Assembly (NCBI GenBank): GCA_016782605.1 | Contig: JADHYE010000001.1 | Coordinates: 78,473-142,472 of the forward strand | DNA length: 64,000 nucleotides | Direction: 5' to 3' | Source of the DNA: Minisyncoccota bacterium | Lineage (GTDB): Bacteria > Patescibacteriota > Minisyncoccia > Minisyncoccales > RBG-13-42-11 | Shown: piece after piece, positions 16,793 through 26,209 of the stretch | Numbering within the stretch: position 1 is the stretch's first letter | How the letters are laid out: the number at the start of each line of letters is the position of its first letter | Translations under genes and position numbers: made by a program | Notes under the pieces: generated by a model | Seen by the model: the letters and a program-made list of their open reading frames with translations, nothing else | The model's database searches: none | Told to the model about the DNA's origin: nothing

Positions 16793-18979
16793 TTATCTCT
16801 TCGACTCGCTGACTAAGTTAGGAACGCTGAATTCTTTTCTTTCTTTGAATTCTTCCTTTTTACTGGCATGCCATTGCTGAACCGGACGAATATACCCGAC
16901 TATCCTTGAATAAACTTCGCAGGGCTGTTTTATTGTGCATTGCGGACACTCAAAATGTTCTCCTGACAGATAGCCATGCGTGGGACAAATTGAAAAAGTC
17001 GGAGTAAGAGTAATATAAGGCAAATGGAAATTCTTAAATATTTTCTTAATTAAGCTTTTAACGTTTTCAATGTCGTTTATTTTTTCACCGATAAACATAT
17101 GGAGTACTGTCCCTCCAGTATATTTGCATTGAAGTTCATCTTGAAGTTTCAAAGCCTCAAAAAAATCTGGAGTATAATCAACCGGCAGCTGGCTGCTGTT
17201 TGTATAATATGGTTCTTCCTTGCCCGCTGTAATAATATCCGGATATTTCTCTCTGTCTATATGAGGTAAACGGTAGCTGACTCCTTCGGCCGGTGTAGCT
17301 TCCAAGTTGTAAAGATTGTCAGTTTCCTTTTGATAATCCACCAGCCTGTCTCTCATAAAATCCAGAACTTCCAGAGCGAAAGTCCTGCCCTTTTGAGAGC
17401 CCATATTCTCACCGATAAAGTTCAAAAGGGATTCGTTCATACCCACCAAACCTATGGTTGAGAAGTGATTGCCGTAATACTGGTCTCTCATCTTTTTTAC
17501 TCCCGACAAATAAAACTTCGAGTAAGGATACAATCCCTTTTCCATGAAGTTTTCCAGAATTTTTCTTTTTATTTCCAGACTTTCTTTGGCTAAATCCATC
17601 ACCTTGCCCAATCTTTCAAAAAACTCTTTCTTTGTCTTGGAAAGGTAACCGATTTGCGGAAGATTGATAGTCACCACTCCAATGCTTCCGGTAAGCGGAT
17701 TTGAACCGAAAAGTCCTCCTCCCCTTTTTAAAAGTTCTTTATTATCCAATCTAAGGCGGCAACACATAGCTCTCACGTCTTCCGGCTTCATATCTGACTG
17801 TATGAAATTTGAAAAATAATTTACTCCGTATTTTGCGGTCGCCTCCCACATCGGAATCAAACTAGAATTGTTCCAGTCAAAATCCTTGGTAATGCTGATT
17901 GTCGGAATCGGAAAAGTGAAAGGTCTTCCTTTTGCATCTCCTTCCATCAAGACTTCGTAAAAAGCCTTGTTGAACATGTCCATTTCCAGCTGGAACTCTC
18001 CGTAAGTTTCTTTCTGAGGCATTCCTCCGATAATCACCGGCTGTTTTGCCAGATTGACAGGCGGTTTGATGTCCAAAGTGACATTAGTGAAAGGAGTTTG
18101 GAACCCGACCCTTGTCGGAATGGCGCAATTAAAAATAAATTCCTGCATTGACTGCTTCACCTGTTGATAGCTCAGATTGTCATACTTAATGAAAGGAGCC
18201 AGTAATGTATCGAAAGAAGAAAAAGCCTGGGCGCCTGCCGATTCTCCCTGAAGAGTGTAAAAGAAATTTACAGTTTGTCCTAAAGCAATTCTCAAGTGTT
18301 TGGGCGGCTTTGATTCAACCTTTCCGAAAACTCCTCTGAAGCCCCTTTGGAGCAAATCATACAAATCCCAACCGCAACAATAAGTTGCCAGAGAATCAAG
18401 ATTATGAATATGCATTTCTCCGTTTTTGTAAGACTCTCTGATTTCCTGCGGATAAACTTTATTCAGCCAATATTTTTTTGTCACTGCAGATTTTACATAT
18501 TCATTCAAACCTTGCAGAGAATAAGCCATATTGGCGTTTTCCTTGATCTGCCAATCAAGCTCCTTTATGTATTTATCGATCATTTCAACAGATTCATCAA
18601 CGATCTTTACGGCGTCCCTGATTTGTCTTCTCTGTTCTCTATAAAGAATATAAGCTTTGGCAGTGTCTACCAAATTTTCCAAAATCAAAACCTCTTCAAC
18701 AATGTCCTGGATCTGCTCAACTGCCGGAATATCCCCTTCCTTGAATCTGCGATTCAAAAAAACAAGCACCTTATCAGAAACTTTCTTTGAGATATCGCCG
18801 TCGCCCTGGCCGGTGGCCGTTAACGCCTTAAAAATTGCCTTGGCAATTTTGGATTGGTCAAAATCAACAATCGTACCGTCCCTTTTTTTAATTTTTGTAA
18901 TTTTATTCTGGTCCATTTTTAGAGAAAAAATAGTCGAAGAGCGTTTCGCACCCTTCTTCACCTTCGCTCCCTTCTTCAA
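16793..18979 (-). CDS. nrdD: Anaerobic ribonucleoside-triphosphate reductase (class III) with an N-terminal ATP-cone
   Basis: ATP-cone KIKKRDGTIVDFDQSKI, C-terminal CPTHGY...CPQC zinc site, and glycyl-radical-type SRIVGY. The start is ambiguous: TTG at 18979 or ATG at 18916. Confidence 0.92.
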   Translation of the reverse strand: MKKGAKVKKGAKRSSTIFSLKMDQNKITKIKKRDGTIVDFDQSKIAKAIFKALTATGQGDGDISKKVSDKVLVFLNRRFKEGDIPAVEQIQDIVEEVLILENLVDTAKAYILYREQRRQIRDAVKIVDESVEMIDKYIKELDWQIKENANMAYSLQGLNEYVKSAVTKKYWLNKVYPQEIRESYKNGEMHIHNLDSLATYCCGWDLYDLLQRGFRGVFGKVESKPPKHLRIALGQTVNFFYTLQGESAGAQAFSSFDTLLAPFIKYDNLSYQQVKQSMQEFIFNCAIPTRVGFQTPFTNVTLDIKPPVNLAKQPVIIGGMPQKETYGEFQLEMDMFNKAFYEVLMEGDAKGRPFTFPIPTISITKDFDWNNSSLIPMWEATAKYGVNYFSNFIQSDMKPEDVRAMCCRLRLDNKELLKRGGGLFGSNPLTGSIGVVTINLPQIGYLSKTKKEFFERLGKVMDLAKESLEIKRKILENFMEKGLYPYSKFYLSGVKKMRDQYYGNHFSTIGLVGMNESLLNFIGENMGSQKGRTFALEVLDFMRDRLVDYQKETDNLYNLEATPAEGVSYRLPHIDREKYPDIITAGKEEPYYTNSSQLPVDYTPDFFEALKLQDELQCKYTGGTVLHMFIGEKINDIENVKSLIKKIFKNFHLPYITLTPTFSICPTHGYLSGEHFECPQCTIKQPCEVYSRIVGYIRPVQQWHASKKEEFKERKEFSVPNLVSESKR

Positions 18980-19007
18980 TGAAGGAAGCTCAGTTAAATA
19001 TTATTAT

Positions 19008-19036
19008 ATTTTATCCAAAATTTAAAGAGGGGTCAA
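19008..19036 (-). promoter_or_regulatory. Candidate nrdD promoter
   Basis: The minus strand reads TTGACC-N17-TAAAAT, between MITE copy C and the nrdD start. Confidence 0.4.
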
Positions 19037-19075
19037 ATTCCTGACAACTACTCTTAAAAGCTCGGCTTTTCCACA

Positions 19076-19218
19076 CCCCGTATATCAACTTCCAGAACCA
19101 AACTTTTATTCGCAGAACTAATTCTGAATTATTATTTTATATCTTTAATATCCCCCCCCAACTATATTATTTTATTACGTTTGGTTTGTTGCGAATAACT
19201 GGAAGTTGTATTACGGGA
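19076..19218. mobile_element. MITE-like element, copy C (143 bp)
   Basis: Left end is CCCCGTATATCAACTTCCAG and right end is CTGGAAGTTGTATTACGGGA. Flanked by CACA (19072-19075 and 19219-19222). Confidence 0.8.
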
Positions 19219-19227
19219 CACACCCGA

Positions 19228-19407
19228 TTATTCCTCTTTTTTTTCAATGGCTCCGTAAGGACAAATGCTTTCTCCGCCGCATTCTGCCAGCTTTTGGTTA
19301 TCAATAACCTCAGCTTTGCCCTCGTCATTCATTTCTGTCCCGCCCGGGCATTGAGTAACGCACAGCCCGCAGCCAATGCACTTTTCTTTGTTTACTTTGT
19401 AATACAT
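19228..19407 (-). CDS. Small 4Fe-4S ferredoxin (59 aa)
   Basis: Own translation: MYYKVNKEKCIGCGLCVTQCPGGTEMNDEGKAEVIDNQKLAECGGESICPYGAIEKKEE. Contains CxxCxxCxxxCP plus a distal CP. Confidence 0.75.
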   Translation of the reverse strand: MYYKVNKEKCIGCGLCVTQCPGGTEMNDEGKAEVIDNQKLAECGGESICPYGAIEKKEE

Positions 19408-19434
19408 ATATATATTAAAAAACTAAAAAGACCT

Positions 19435-19878
19435 TTAATCTCCGATTATTTGTATTTGGAATCTCCTTTGCCTTGACTGGTCAAGTTCAACAAAGAAAAT
19501 TCTCTGCCATTGGCCCAGCTGCAGTTTTCCGTTTATCAGATTCAAAACAGCTGATACCGGTAAATGAATCGCCCGACAGTGAGCGTGTCCGTTGACACAC
19601 TCCTCAGCGCACATATTGACCGTCCTAATAGTAAAATCATTATGCCTATAATCTCTGTCCTTGCTGGCTGACTCTTTCAAGTGCCTTTTAAAATCTTCAA
19701 TAAGCAAAGGTTCGTTTTCGTTAACGATAACTGTCGCTGTCGTGTGCATGCTTTGAATATTTACCAAGCCGTTTTTAATTTTGCTTTCACTGACAAAAGC
19801 TGTCACCTTGTCTGTAACGTCAATAAAATCCAGCTCCTCTTTTGTCTGAAACTCGATTGTTTTGTTCAACGACTTCAT
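19435..19878 (-). CDS. YjbQ/UPF0047 family protein (secondary thiamine-phosphate synthase-like)
   Basis: 147 aa with HTTATVIVNENEP...GHAHCRA...LQLGQWQRIFFVELD. Confidence 0.75.
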   Translation of the reverse strand: MKSLNKTIEFQTKEELDFIDVTDKVTAFVSESKIKNGLVNIQSMHTTATVIVNENEPLLIEDFKRHLKESASKDRDYRHNDFTIRTVNMCAEECVNGHAHCRAIHLPVSAVLNLINGKLQLGQWQRIFFVELDQSRQRRFQIQIIGD

Positions 19879-19883
19879 TTTAA

Positions 19884-20168
19884 CTATTTGCTTGTTTTTT
19901 CTTCGATTTCTTTTTTGCCCTCTTCCAATTCCTGTAACTGTTCTGCATCTTCTCTCAAAAGCAATGTTTCAAATTCTCCGACATGGGTTTTTTCTTCCTT
20001 GGCAATATCCAAAAGAATTTTTTTAATGTCTTCTTTGTCGGTCATTGCCGCCAGCTGCTCGTAAAGGGAAACAGCGTCAAGTTCGGCAATCATGCCTATT
20101 CTTAAAATCTCCTTGTCCAAATCTTCTTTTTTTACTTTTTCAAGTGAAATTGGTAATTGCGATAACAT
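19884..20168 (-). CDS. Ferritin-like / encapsulated-ferritin-type small protein
   Basis: 94 aa with ELDAVSLYEQL...IAKEEKTHVGEFETLL, an E...ExxH di-iron-type motif. Confidence 0.6.
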   Translation of the reverse strand: MLSQLPISLEKVKKEDLDKEILRIGMIAELDAVSLYEQLAAMTDKEDIKKILLDIAKEEKTHVGEFETLLLREDAEQLQELEEGKKEIEEKTSK

Positions 20169-20247
20169 ATTTTTAAAATTAATTGTTGGCGACCTTTCAA
20201 ATTAATAATTCCAATCCTGCTCTAAAAATAACTTAATTCAATATATT

Positions 20248-20679
20248 TTATTCTTTCTTTGCTTTTATCAATAGGATAACACTGCCCAGTAAACCAATCA
20301 AGAAAGCTATCGGGCAAACAACAATCGCTAAAAGAAAGAAGAAAGGTTCGTCCCCCAAGCCGATTCTTTCCCAAAAGCTTTCTCCGAAAAGAAAGATAAA
20401 AAGGCCATAAACCAGATTGTGCAAAATTACACTGACAACCATTACTAAGGGAGAAATACCTGTCAGCAGCAAAAACTTTTTAAGCTTTCCGCCAACTTTC
20501 TTTCTAAAGGTAAAAACTATCAAAATAATGCTCAGTAGAAAAAATATCAGAAAAGAAATCAAAAAAAGAACAGGTCTCCAAAAGCTATTGAACGTTTGCC
20601 CCAAAATCTGAAAGCTGGCTACAACGTAAAGGAAAACGACCATTAATGCTCCGAGTATTATTACGAATGGTTTTTTCAT
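20248..20679 (-). CDS. Hypothetical polytopic membrane protein
   Basis: 143 aa with four hydrophobic segments. No motif recognised. Confidence 0.5.
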   Translation of the reverse strand: MKKPFVIILGALMVVFLYVVASFQILGQTFNSFWRPVLFLISFLIFFLLSIILIVFTFRKKVGGKLKKFLLLTGISPLVMVVSVILHNLVYGLFIFLFGESFWERIGLGDEPFFFLLAIVVCPIAFLIGLLGSVILLIKAKKE

Positions 20680-20742
20680 ATATTTAATTATACCAAAAAC
20701 TACCTTATTTTAAAAAGTAACTCGCATTAGAAGATAACTGGA

Positions 20743-21300
20743 TTATCTGTTGAATAACTTTAGCAGCCAGCCGAATAAACTGAATTGGCCTTCCTGCGTT
20801 TCTATAAAATTATCAATTCTTGCTTGCTCCTGTTCTAGTGTCTGAATTTGGTTTTGAAGTTCCGTCCCCTCTGCTTCATTCTGGACATTTTCCATTAATC
20901 TGTTCAACTGTTCCAATCTATTTCTGGTTTGGACAACCTCGCTTCTTAACGCTCCTAAATTCTTGTAGTCTGTACCCATCAAAAATGTCTTTATTCTGCT
21001 TCTTGTTTGAATCCTTTCCATCGCCTGGATCGTTGTGCTTGCCGATTGGTTCTGTTCCTGGGCAATGGTTCTCACCTGCTGGCCAATGCCTCCCTCTCTG
21101 TCAGCAACCTGTAAGAGGCTTTGGACAAAGTTTGCCACGGCGCTTTGATGCTGTTCAGCATTAATCTGTCCTTGCTGATTTTGTTTTTGATTAGCGTTCT
21201 GATTTTGTGCCGCTTTTGCATTCACAAAAAAAGCAAAAGAAAAAACAAGCATTATTGCTAAAATAGATACGAATAATATATTATTTTTTGTTTTAAACAT
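20743..21300 (-). CDS. Hypothetical secreted Gln/Asn-rich coiled-coil protein
   Basis: Signal-peptide-like N-terminus ending VNAKAA, then a Q/N-rich helical sequence. Confidence 0.5.
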   Translation of the reverse strand: MFKTKNNILFVSILAIMLVFSFAFFVNAKAAQNQNANQKQNQQGQINAEQHQSAVANFVQSLLQVADREGGIGQQVRTIAQEQNQSASTTIQAMERIQTRSRIKTFLMGTDYKNLGALRSEVVQTRNRLEQLNRLMENVQNEAEGTELQNQIQTLEQEQARIDNFIETQEGQFSLFGWLLKLFNR

Positions 21301-21361
21301 ATTTGATTTATTTTTTAATAATAATGCAACCTTTATACGATTCTAACAAAAAACTGTCTTC

Positions 21362-21634
21362 TTATGCAAATAAGCTCATAATTCCCTTTATGCTTAATAA
21401 AACTATAGCGATAATCAGAATCGTTTGAGGTATTATCATAAAGAAAGTCAAAATAAGCAAAATGCCTGCCATTAAATCAAAAAGGCTTCCTATATCGGGC
21501 AGAAAAGGAATTGCTTTTATCAGCAGAATCACTGCAAATAAGATTATTACTCCTTTGGGAAAATCGATTCCAGTGACAACTGATAATAATAAAAAAGCAA
21601 CAAATAAATCTATTAATCCTAATATTTTAACCAT
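21362..21634 (-). CDS. Hypothetical small membrane protein
   Basis: 90 aa with three hydrophobic helices. Confidence 0.45.
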   Translation of the reverse strand: MVKILGLIDLFVAFLLLSVVTGIDFPKGVIILFAVILLIKAIPFLPDIGSLFDLMAGILLILTFFMIIPQTILIIAIVLLSIKGIMSLFA

Positions 21635-21638
21635 TAAA

Positions 21639-21822
21639 TTACCACTTCAATAAGAATTCGTGATATTCATCGCCCCGGGAAATGCATTTTGTTTCTTCGC
21701 ATGCAACTTCTCTCCGAACGACCATTTTAGCCGATGCGATGAAATAACCAATAAGATACTGGCAATGAAAAACATTAAGGTTGATATTCTCTAATTTAAT
21801 AATAACATATTTTTTCTTTCAT
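21639..21822 (-). pseudogene. Stand-alone V4R-like domain ORF interrupted by a 1-nt frame offset in an A6 run
   Basis: AGGA-N8-ATG at 21822 opens ATG AAA GAA AAA, which stops after 8 codons. The +1 frame continues as YVIIKLENINLNVFHCQYLIGYFIASAKMVVRREVACEETKCISRGDEYHEFLLKW*. The A-run lies at 21810-21815. Confidence 0.45.
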
Positions 21823-21834
21823 ATATTTATCCTA

Positions 21835-21862
21835 CCAAAAAACCGCCGCCGCCGAAAGGCGG
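21835..21862 (-). terminator. Intrinsic terminator after tRNA-Asn
   Basis: The minus strand reads CCGCC-UUUC...GGCGG followed by UUUUUU. Confidence 0.55.
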
Positions 21863-21915
21863 ATTGGCGATTTTTATCGTGGCTTGCCCTGAGCGAGCGA
21901 AGCGAGTCGAATGGG

Positions 21916-21987
21916 CTCCGGAGGTAGGACTCGAACCTACAACCCACTCGTTAACAGCGAGGCGCTCTGCCATTGAGCTACTCCGGA
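21916..21987 (-). tRNA. tRNA-Asn (anticodon GTT)
   Basis: Hand fold: acceptor TCCGGAG/CTCCGGA, D arm GCTC-AATGGCA-GAGC, anticodon loop CTGTTAA, T arm GTAGG-TTCGAGT-CCTAC. Confidence 0.85.
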
Positions 21988-22026
21988 ATATCTCTTATTA
22001 TATTCAATTTTAAGAATTTTTCAAGC

Positions 22027-22422
22027 TTAACGAACTAATAAAAAATACTGTAAACTGACAATAACAAATATAGTAAGGGTAAAACAGGTTATAAATTTAT
22101 GCGGCAAGTGTATGTGAAACTTGCCAAAAAATTCCTTAGCAAAAGAATGGCTATAATTTCTTTCGTCTGATATGGATTTGCCCCTTAAAAGCTGGTGTAT
22201 GGTCGTTAGAAAGCAAACCATCCGGTATTTCTTGGTCCAGGGCATAATGATTAGACCCCAGATGAATTGGTTAAAAACAATCACTAGAGTCAGATAAAAA
22301 TGGAATATTATTTTATCCGGCCACCAGCTTGTCGGAACAAATAACAAACCTAGCCAGAAAACAACAATAGCAGAATGAATCCAGAAAATAATTTTACCCA
22401 AAAAATCTTTCATGAAAATCAA
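22027..22422 (-). CDS. Hypothetical membrane protein
   Basis: 131 aa with four hydrophobic segments. Overlaps the rpoD stop by 4 nt. Confidence 0.5.
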   Translation of the reverse strand: MIFMKDFLGKIIFWIHSAIVVFWLGLLFVPTSWWPDKIIFHFYLTLVIVFNQFIWGLIIMPWTKKYRMVCFLTTIHQLLRGKSISDERNYSHSFAKEFFGKFHIHLPHKFITCFTLTIFVIVSLQYFLLVR

Positions 22423-23660
22423 TAACCTTTTAGCTTTTTGAGAGAACCATGCTCTCTGATTCTTTCCAAGGCTTTGGCTTCAATCTGGCGGATTCTCTCC
22501 CTGGTCACGCCAAACTCGTTTCCCACCTCTTCTAAAGTGTGGGTTACGCCGTCTTGCAATCCAAACCTCATTGCAAGGATTTTCTGCTCTCTAGGGGTTA
22601 AATCAACTAAAATTTCTTTTAATCTTTCTTTTAATAAATTTCTACCAGCTTCCAAAGAGGGAGAAATTGACTTTTCGTCTTCAATAAACTCAGCCAAAAC
22701 AGAGTCTTCTTCGTCTTCGCCAACAGGAGTTTCAAGAGAAACAGTATCCTGGGAAATCTTCATTATATGATAAACTTTCCCCAGCTCAATACCCATTTCA
22801 GCTGCAATTTCTTCCGGCAAAGGTTCCCTGCCCAAATCCTGCAGCAGCCTTCTTCTTATCTGGGTGTATTTTGAAATGGTTTCCACCATATGAACCGGAA
22901 TTCTGATGGTTCTTGCCTGATCAGCCAAAGCTCTGGTGATTGCCTGGCGAATCCACCAGGTAGCGTAAGTTGAAAACTTATAACCTCTTCTCCAGTCAAA
23001 CTTTTCAACTGCTCTAAAAAGCCCCAAATTCCCCTCCTGAATCAAATCAAGCAAAGTCAGATTAGGAGAACGTCCAACATATCTTTTGGCAATGGAAACG
23101 ACCAATCTCAAATTAGCTTTGGCTAACTTCTTCTTTGCCTCAAGATCACCTTTCTCTATCTTTTTTGCCAGTTCTTTTTCTTCGGCAGCTGTAACAAAGG
23201 AAAGTTTGCCTATTTCCTTCAAATACATTTGAATCGGGTCTATCCTGCTCTCGCTTGCTTTTGGTTTTTTAACTTTTTCTCCGATTGTAATCAATTCTTT
23301 GACCTCCTGCACTTCGATCCCAGCCTTTTCAAAATCATCGTAAAGCCTTTCCAGCCCCTTTATATCCCTTTCTATTGCTGGAAAATAATAAAGGATTTCA
23401 GAATAAGTGACGAATCCCCTTTCTTCTCCCTTTTCAAGAAGCTGCTGGAATTTTTCCTCAGTGAAAACCTTTTTCGGCCTGCCCAGCTTTATCATTATTC
23501 TTTTCTTTTTCTTCGCCTTTTTCCTTAACTTAACTCTGGCTTTCTTTTTAATTATTTTCTTGGATTTGGGCTTTTTCTTAACAACAATCCTTTTCTTCTT
23601 TGGCACTCTTTTCTTTTTGGCTGATCTTTTCTTCTTTTTTACTTTTTTTGATTTTGGCAT
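22419..23660 (-). CDS. rpoD: RNA polymerase sigma-70 (RpoD) with a polybasic N-terminus
   Basis: Region 2 [16 protein letters not shown] and region 4 [20 protein letters not shown]. The first ~65 aa are almost entirely K/R. Confidence 0.93.
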   Translation of the reverse strand: MPKSKKVKKKKRSAKKKRVPKKKRIVVKKKPKSKKIIKKKARVKLRKKAKKKKRIMIKLGRPKKVFTEEKFQQLLEKGEERGFVTYSEILYYFPAIERDIKGLERLYDDFEKAGIEVQEVKELITIGEKVKKPKASESRIDPIQMYLKEIGKLSFVTAAEEKELAKKIEKGDLEAKKKLAKANLRLVVSIAKRYVGRSPNLTLLDLIQEGNLGLFRAVEKFDWRRGYKFSTYATWWIRQAITRALADQARTIRIPVHMVETISKYTQIRRRLLQDLGREPLPEEIAAEMGIELGKVYHIMKISQDTVSLETPVGEDEEDSVLAEFIEDEKSISPSLEAGRNLLKERLKEILVDLTPREQKILAMRFGLQDGVTHTLEEVGNEFGVTRERIRQIEAKALERIREHGSLKKLKGY

Positions 23661-25381
23661 TTTTGTTGAAGTATTTGGTTAAAATCTTTGGTTAATTCCC
23701 CAACTCTTTCCCAGTTTTTTTCTTCTTCCGCCCTTTTGATTTCCTGGGATATCTGATCCAATTCGTTCTTGGCTTTTATCAGGACGGTTTCAGACAAGCA
23801 ATACTGTATTTCAGATTCAATGTCCTTTTCTTCGATTTCCTCTATTTCCGACTTTAAGGCAAGCTGATTGAATAATTCCGAATCGATCTTTAAACCCTTT
23901 TTCATCTTTAGCATAATCTCCTTAATTTGGGGAGAGAAATCTTCCAGGCATTCGTCTTTGATAATTTCTATGCTTTTTGGAAATTTTAAAAACAAAATGA
24001 CTAATCTTTCTTCCAGAAGCTCATTCCTTGATTTTACTGGCAAATTCTTAATTTCTTCTGGCTCCATGCCCAAATAATCAGAATACTCTTCCAGTTTGAT
24101 TTTTTTCAATTCTTCTTCAATATTTTCTTCTTTTGTCTTAAGCTTCTTTGCCAGTTCGCCAATCCAGTGAGACTGGACTATTCTGTTGGAAATTCTTTTA
24201 ATGATCGGCAGCAATATTTTTGAAATTTCTTTTTTGCCTTCGGGAGTATCTTTGTCAAATTTTGAAAAAGCGCTTTCAAAATAGAAATCCATGATTGATT
24301 TTGCTTCCTTCACCTTCTCTTCCCAAGCTTTCGGGTCTTTAAAAATTAGGTCTGCCGGATCCAAGCCCTCTGGCAAAACAATAACTTTAACATCAAAACC
24401 GTGAAGCTGCGCCAAATCGATTCCTCTTTTAGTGGCTGCTTCTCCTGCTATATCCATGTCAAAAGCAGTCAATAAATTATCAGAATACCGCTTCAAGGTT
24501 TTAAGCTGCAAAGGGGTCAAAGCAGTACCAGAAGTAGCAACCACATTCTCAAAACCAGCCTGAGACACCATTATTAGATCAACGTATCCTTCCACCAAAA
24601 TACAGAAATCATTTTTCCTTATCTCCACTTTTGCTTTGTCCAAACCATAAAGAATACGGCTTTTATCGTAAAGAATGGTCTGGGGAGTATTAACGTATTT
24701 GGCTATTTCCTTTTTGTCTTTTTCCTTAAAAACCCGGCCGCCAAACCCAACCACCTGAGAATTCAAATCAAAAATAGGAAATATAATCCTACCCCTGAAC
24801 CTGTCGTAAAAAGAACCTTTTTCAGAAGACAAGCCTACCCCAGCTTTCTTAATTTCCTCCTGAGAATAGCTCCTGGAACTCAAAAAATCAGCTAAGCCCT
24901 GCCAGACATCGGGTGCATAACCGACTCTCCACTTTTCCAAACTTTCCTTTGTAATACCCCTATCTAAAAGGTACTGCTTGGCTTCCTTGCCTGTTTTGCT
25001 TTCTGCCAGTTGCTTTTCAAAGAATCTTGTTGCCAAATCGCAAATTTCGTAAAGACGCTCTCTTTCTGTTTGAAATTCTTTGTATTCTTTAGTTTGCCTT
25101 TTCAACTCCACGCCCGCTCTCTGAGCCAGAATGCGCAAAGCATCGCCAAACTCAACCCCTTCAATTTTCATTACAAAATCGAAAATTCCGCCTCCGACCG
25201 AACAACCAAAACAATGCCATATCTGGCGCGCAGGAGAAACAAAAAAAGAAGGTTTTTTTTCAGAATGGAAAGGACAGACAGCCCGATAATTAGCTCCTGC
25301 TTTTTGAAGCTTGATATAGCTGCCGATTACCTCGATTATATCGAGCCTGCTTTTGATTTCATCAATAGGCGAAGAAATCAT
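23639..25381 (-). CDS. dnaG: DNA primase
   Basis: Zinc finger [11 protein letters not shown]...CFGC and TOPRIM motif EGYVDLI. Confidence 0.93.
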   Translation of the reverse strand: MISSPIDEIKSRLDIIEVIGSYIKLQKAGANYRAVCPFHSEKKPSFFVSPARQIWHCFGCSVGGGIFDFVMKIEGVEFGDALRILAQRAGVELKRQTKEYKEFQTERERLYEICDLATRFFEKQLAESKTGKEAKQYLLDRGITKESLEKWRVGYAPDVWQGLADFLSSRSYSQEEIKKAGVGLSSEKGSFYDRFRGRIIFPIFDLNSQVVGFGGRVFKEKDKKEIAKYVNTPQTILYDKSRILYGLDKAKVEIRKNDFCILVEGYVDLIMVSQAGFENVVATSGTALTPLQLKTLKRYSDNLLTAFDMDIAGEAATKRGIDLAQLHGFDVKVIVLPEGLDPADLIFKDPKAWEEKVKEAKSIMDFYFESAFSKFDKDTPEGKKEISKILLPIIKRISNRIVQSHWIGELAKKLKTKEENIEEELKKIKLEEYSDYLGMEPEEIKNLPVKSRNELLEERLVILFLKFPKSIEIIKDECLEDFSPQIKEIMLKMKKGLKIDSELFNQLALKSEIEEIEEKDIESEIQYCLSETVLIKAKNELDQISQEIKRAEEEKNWERVGELTKDFNQILQQKCQNQKK

Positions 25382-25845
25382 ATTTTTTTAATAATTTTAT
25401 CCACCATTTCAAGTTCTTCCCAAATCCCGCCTATCAAATCGTAATTCTTAGCTTCTTCAAGACTTACCCATTTATAATCAACGTTTTCTTCGTTCATTTT
25501 CACTTCGCCCGACTGCCAATCGCAGTAATAACTCAAAGTAATGACCGGGACATTGTCAGAACGGAGAAAAGTCAAATCCAAAAGATATTTCAATTCGCCA
25601 ACCTCCAAATCCGTCTCTTCCTTAATCTCCCGTTTCAAAGAATTGGTTAAGGGAAAATACCAGGCGTCAAGATTGGTTTTGGGCGTATTAATGTAATCGC
25701 TGAGCTCTAAACCGCCGCCTGGAACGCTCCATCTTGAAGGAAAAGCTTTTTTATTTGGGCTGCGCTGCAAAATAAGATACCTACCGTCTTTTTGAATGAT
25801 TGCCGTAGCTGTAACCCTATGAAGTTCTAATTTCTGATTTTCCAT
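25378..25845 (-). CDS. NUDIX hydrolase
   Basis: GGG...REIKEETDLEV is a Nudix box with an insertion. Confidence 0.75.
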   Translation of the reverse strand: MENQKLELHRVTATAIIQKDGRYLILQRSPNKKAFPSRWSVPGGGLELSDYINTPKTNLDAWYFPLTNSLKREIKEETDLEVGELKYLLDLTFLRSDNVPVITLSYYCDWQSGEVKMNEENVDYKWVSLEEAKNYDLIGGIWEELEMVDKIIKKI

Positions 25846-25850
25846 AATTT

Positions 25851-26207
25851 TTACTTCTCGTTCCAGTCTATTCCCTGTCTTTTGGCATGCTTTTTTGAAA
25901 AACCTTCAGGATACCTTTTCTTGAGTTTGGCAATATTTTCTTCCAAAACTTCGTCCAAATCCCAATCAAAGAAATTGCAGATCATGGCTGCATACCACAA
26001 AGTATCTCCGATGTTTTCCCTGATACCGGCAATCTGGTCGTTTTTATGCGAGAAAGTCTTTTTAATGCAGCCTGCCGCATCCCCTGCTTCGCCGACAATA
26101 CCCAAACCCCAGGTCAATATCTCTTTTTCTTTGTCTTGAAATTTCTGAGCTGTGTTTTTACAAAGCTTTTGATATTCTTTTAATTTTTTAATTTTATTTT
26201 TTGCCAT
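25851..26207 (-). CDS. MazG-like nucleotide pyrophosphohydrolase
   Basis: 118 aa with LGIVGEAGD...IGDTLWY, a helical all-alpha NTP-PPase pattern. Confidence 0.65.
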   Translation of the reverse strand: MAKNKIKKLKEYQKLCKNTAQKFQDKEKEILTWGLGIVGEAGDAAGCIKKTFSHKNDQIAGIRENIGDTLWYAAMICNFFDWDLDEVLEENIAKLKKRYPEGFSKKHAKRQGIDWNEK

Positions 26208-26209
26208 TT

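Noticed and set aside
19186-19476. A 96-aa plus-strand ORF spanning the MITE end and the ferredoxin region.
   Set aside because: It is antisense to a convincing 4Fe-4S ferredoxin ORF (CxxCxxCxxxCP) and begins inside the repeat element.
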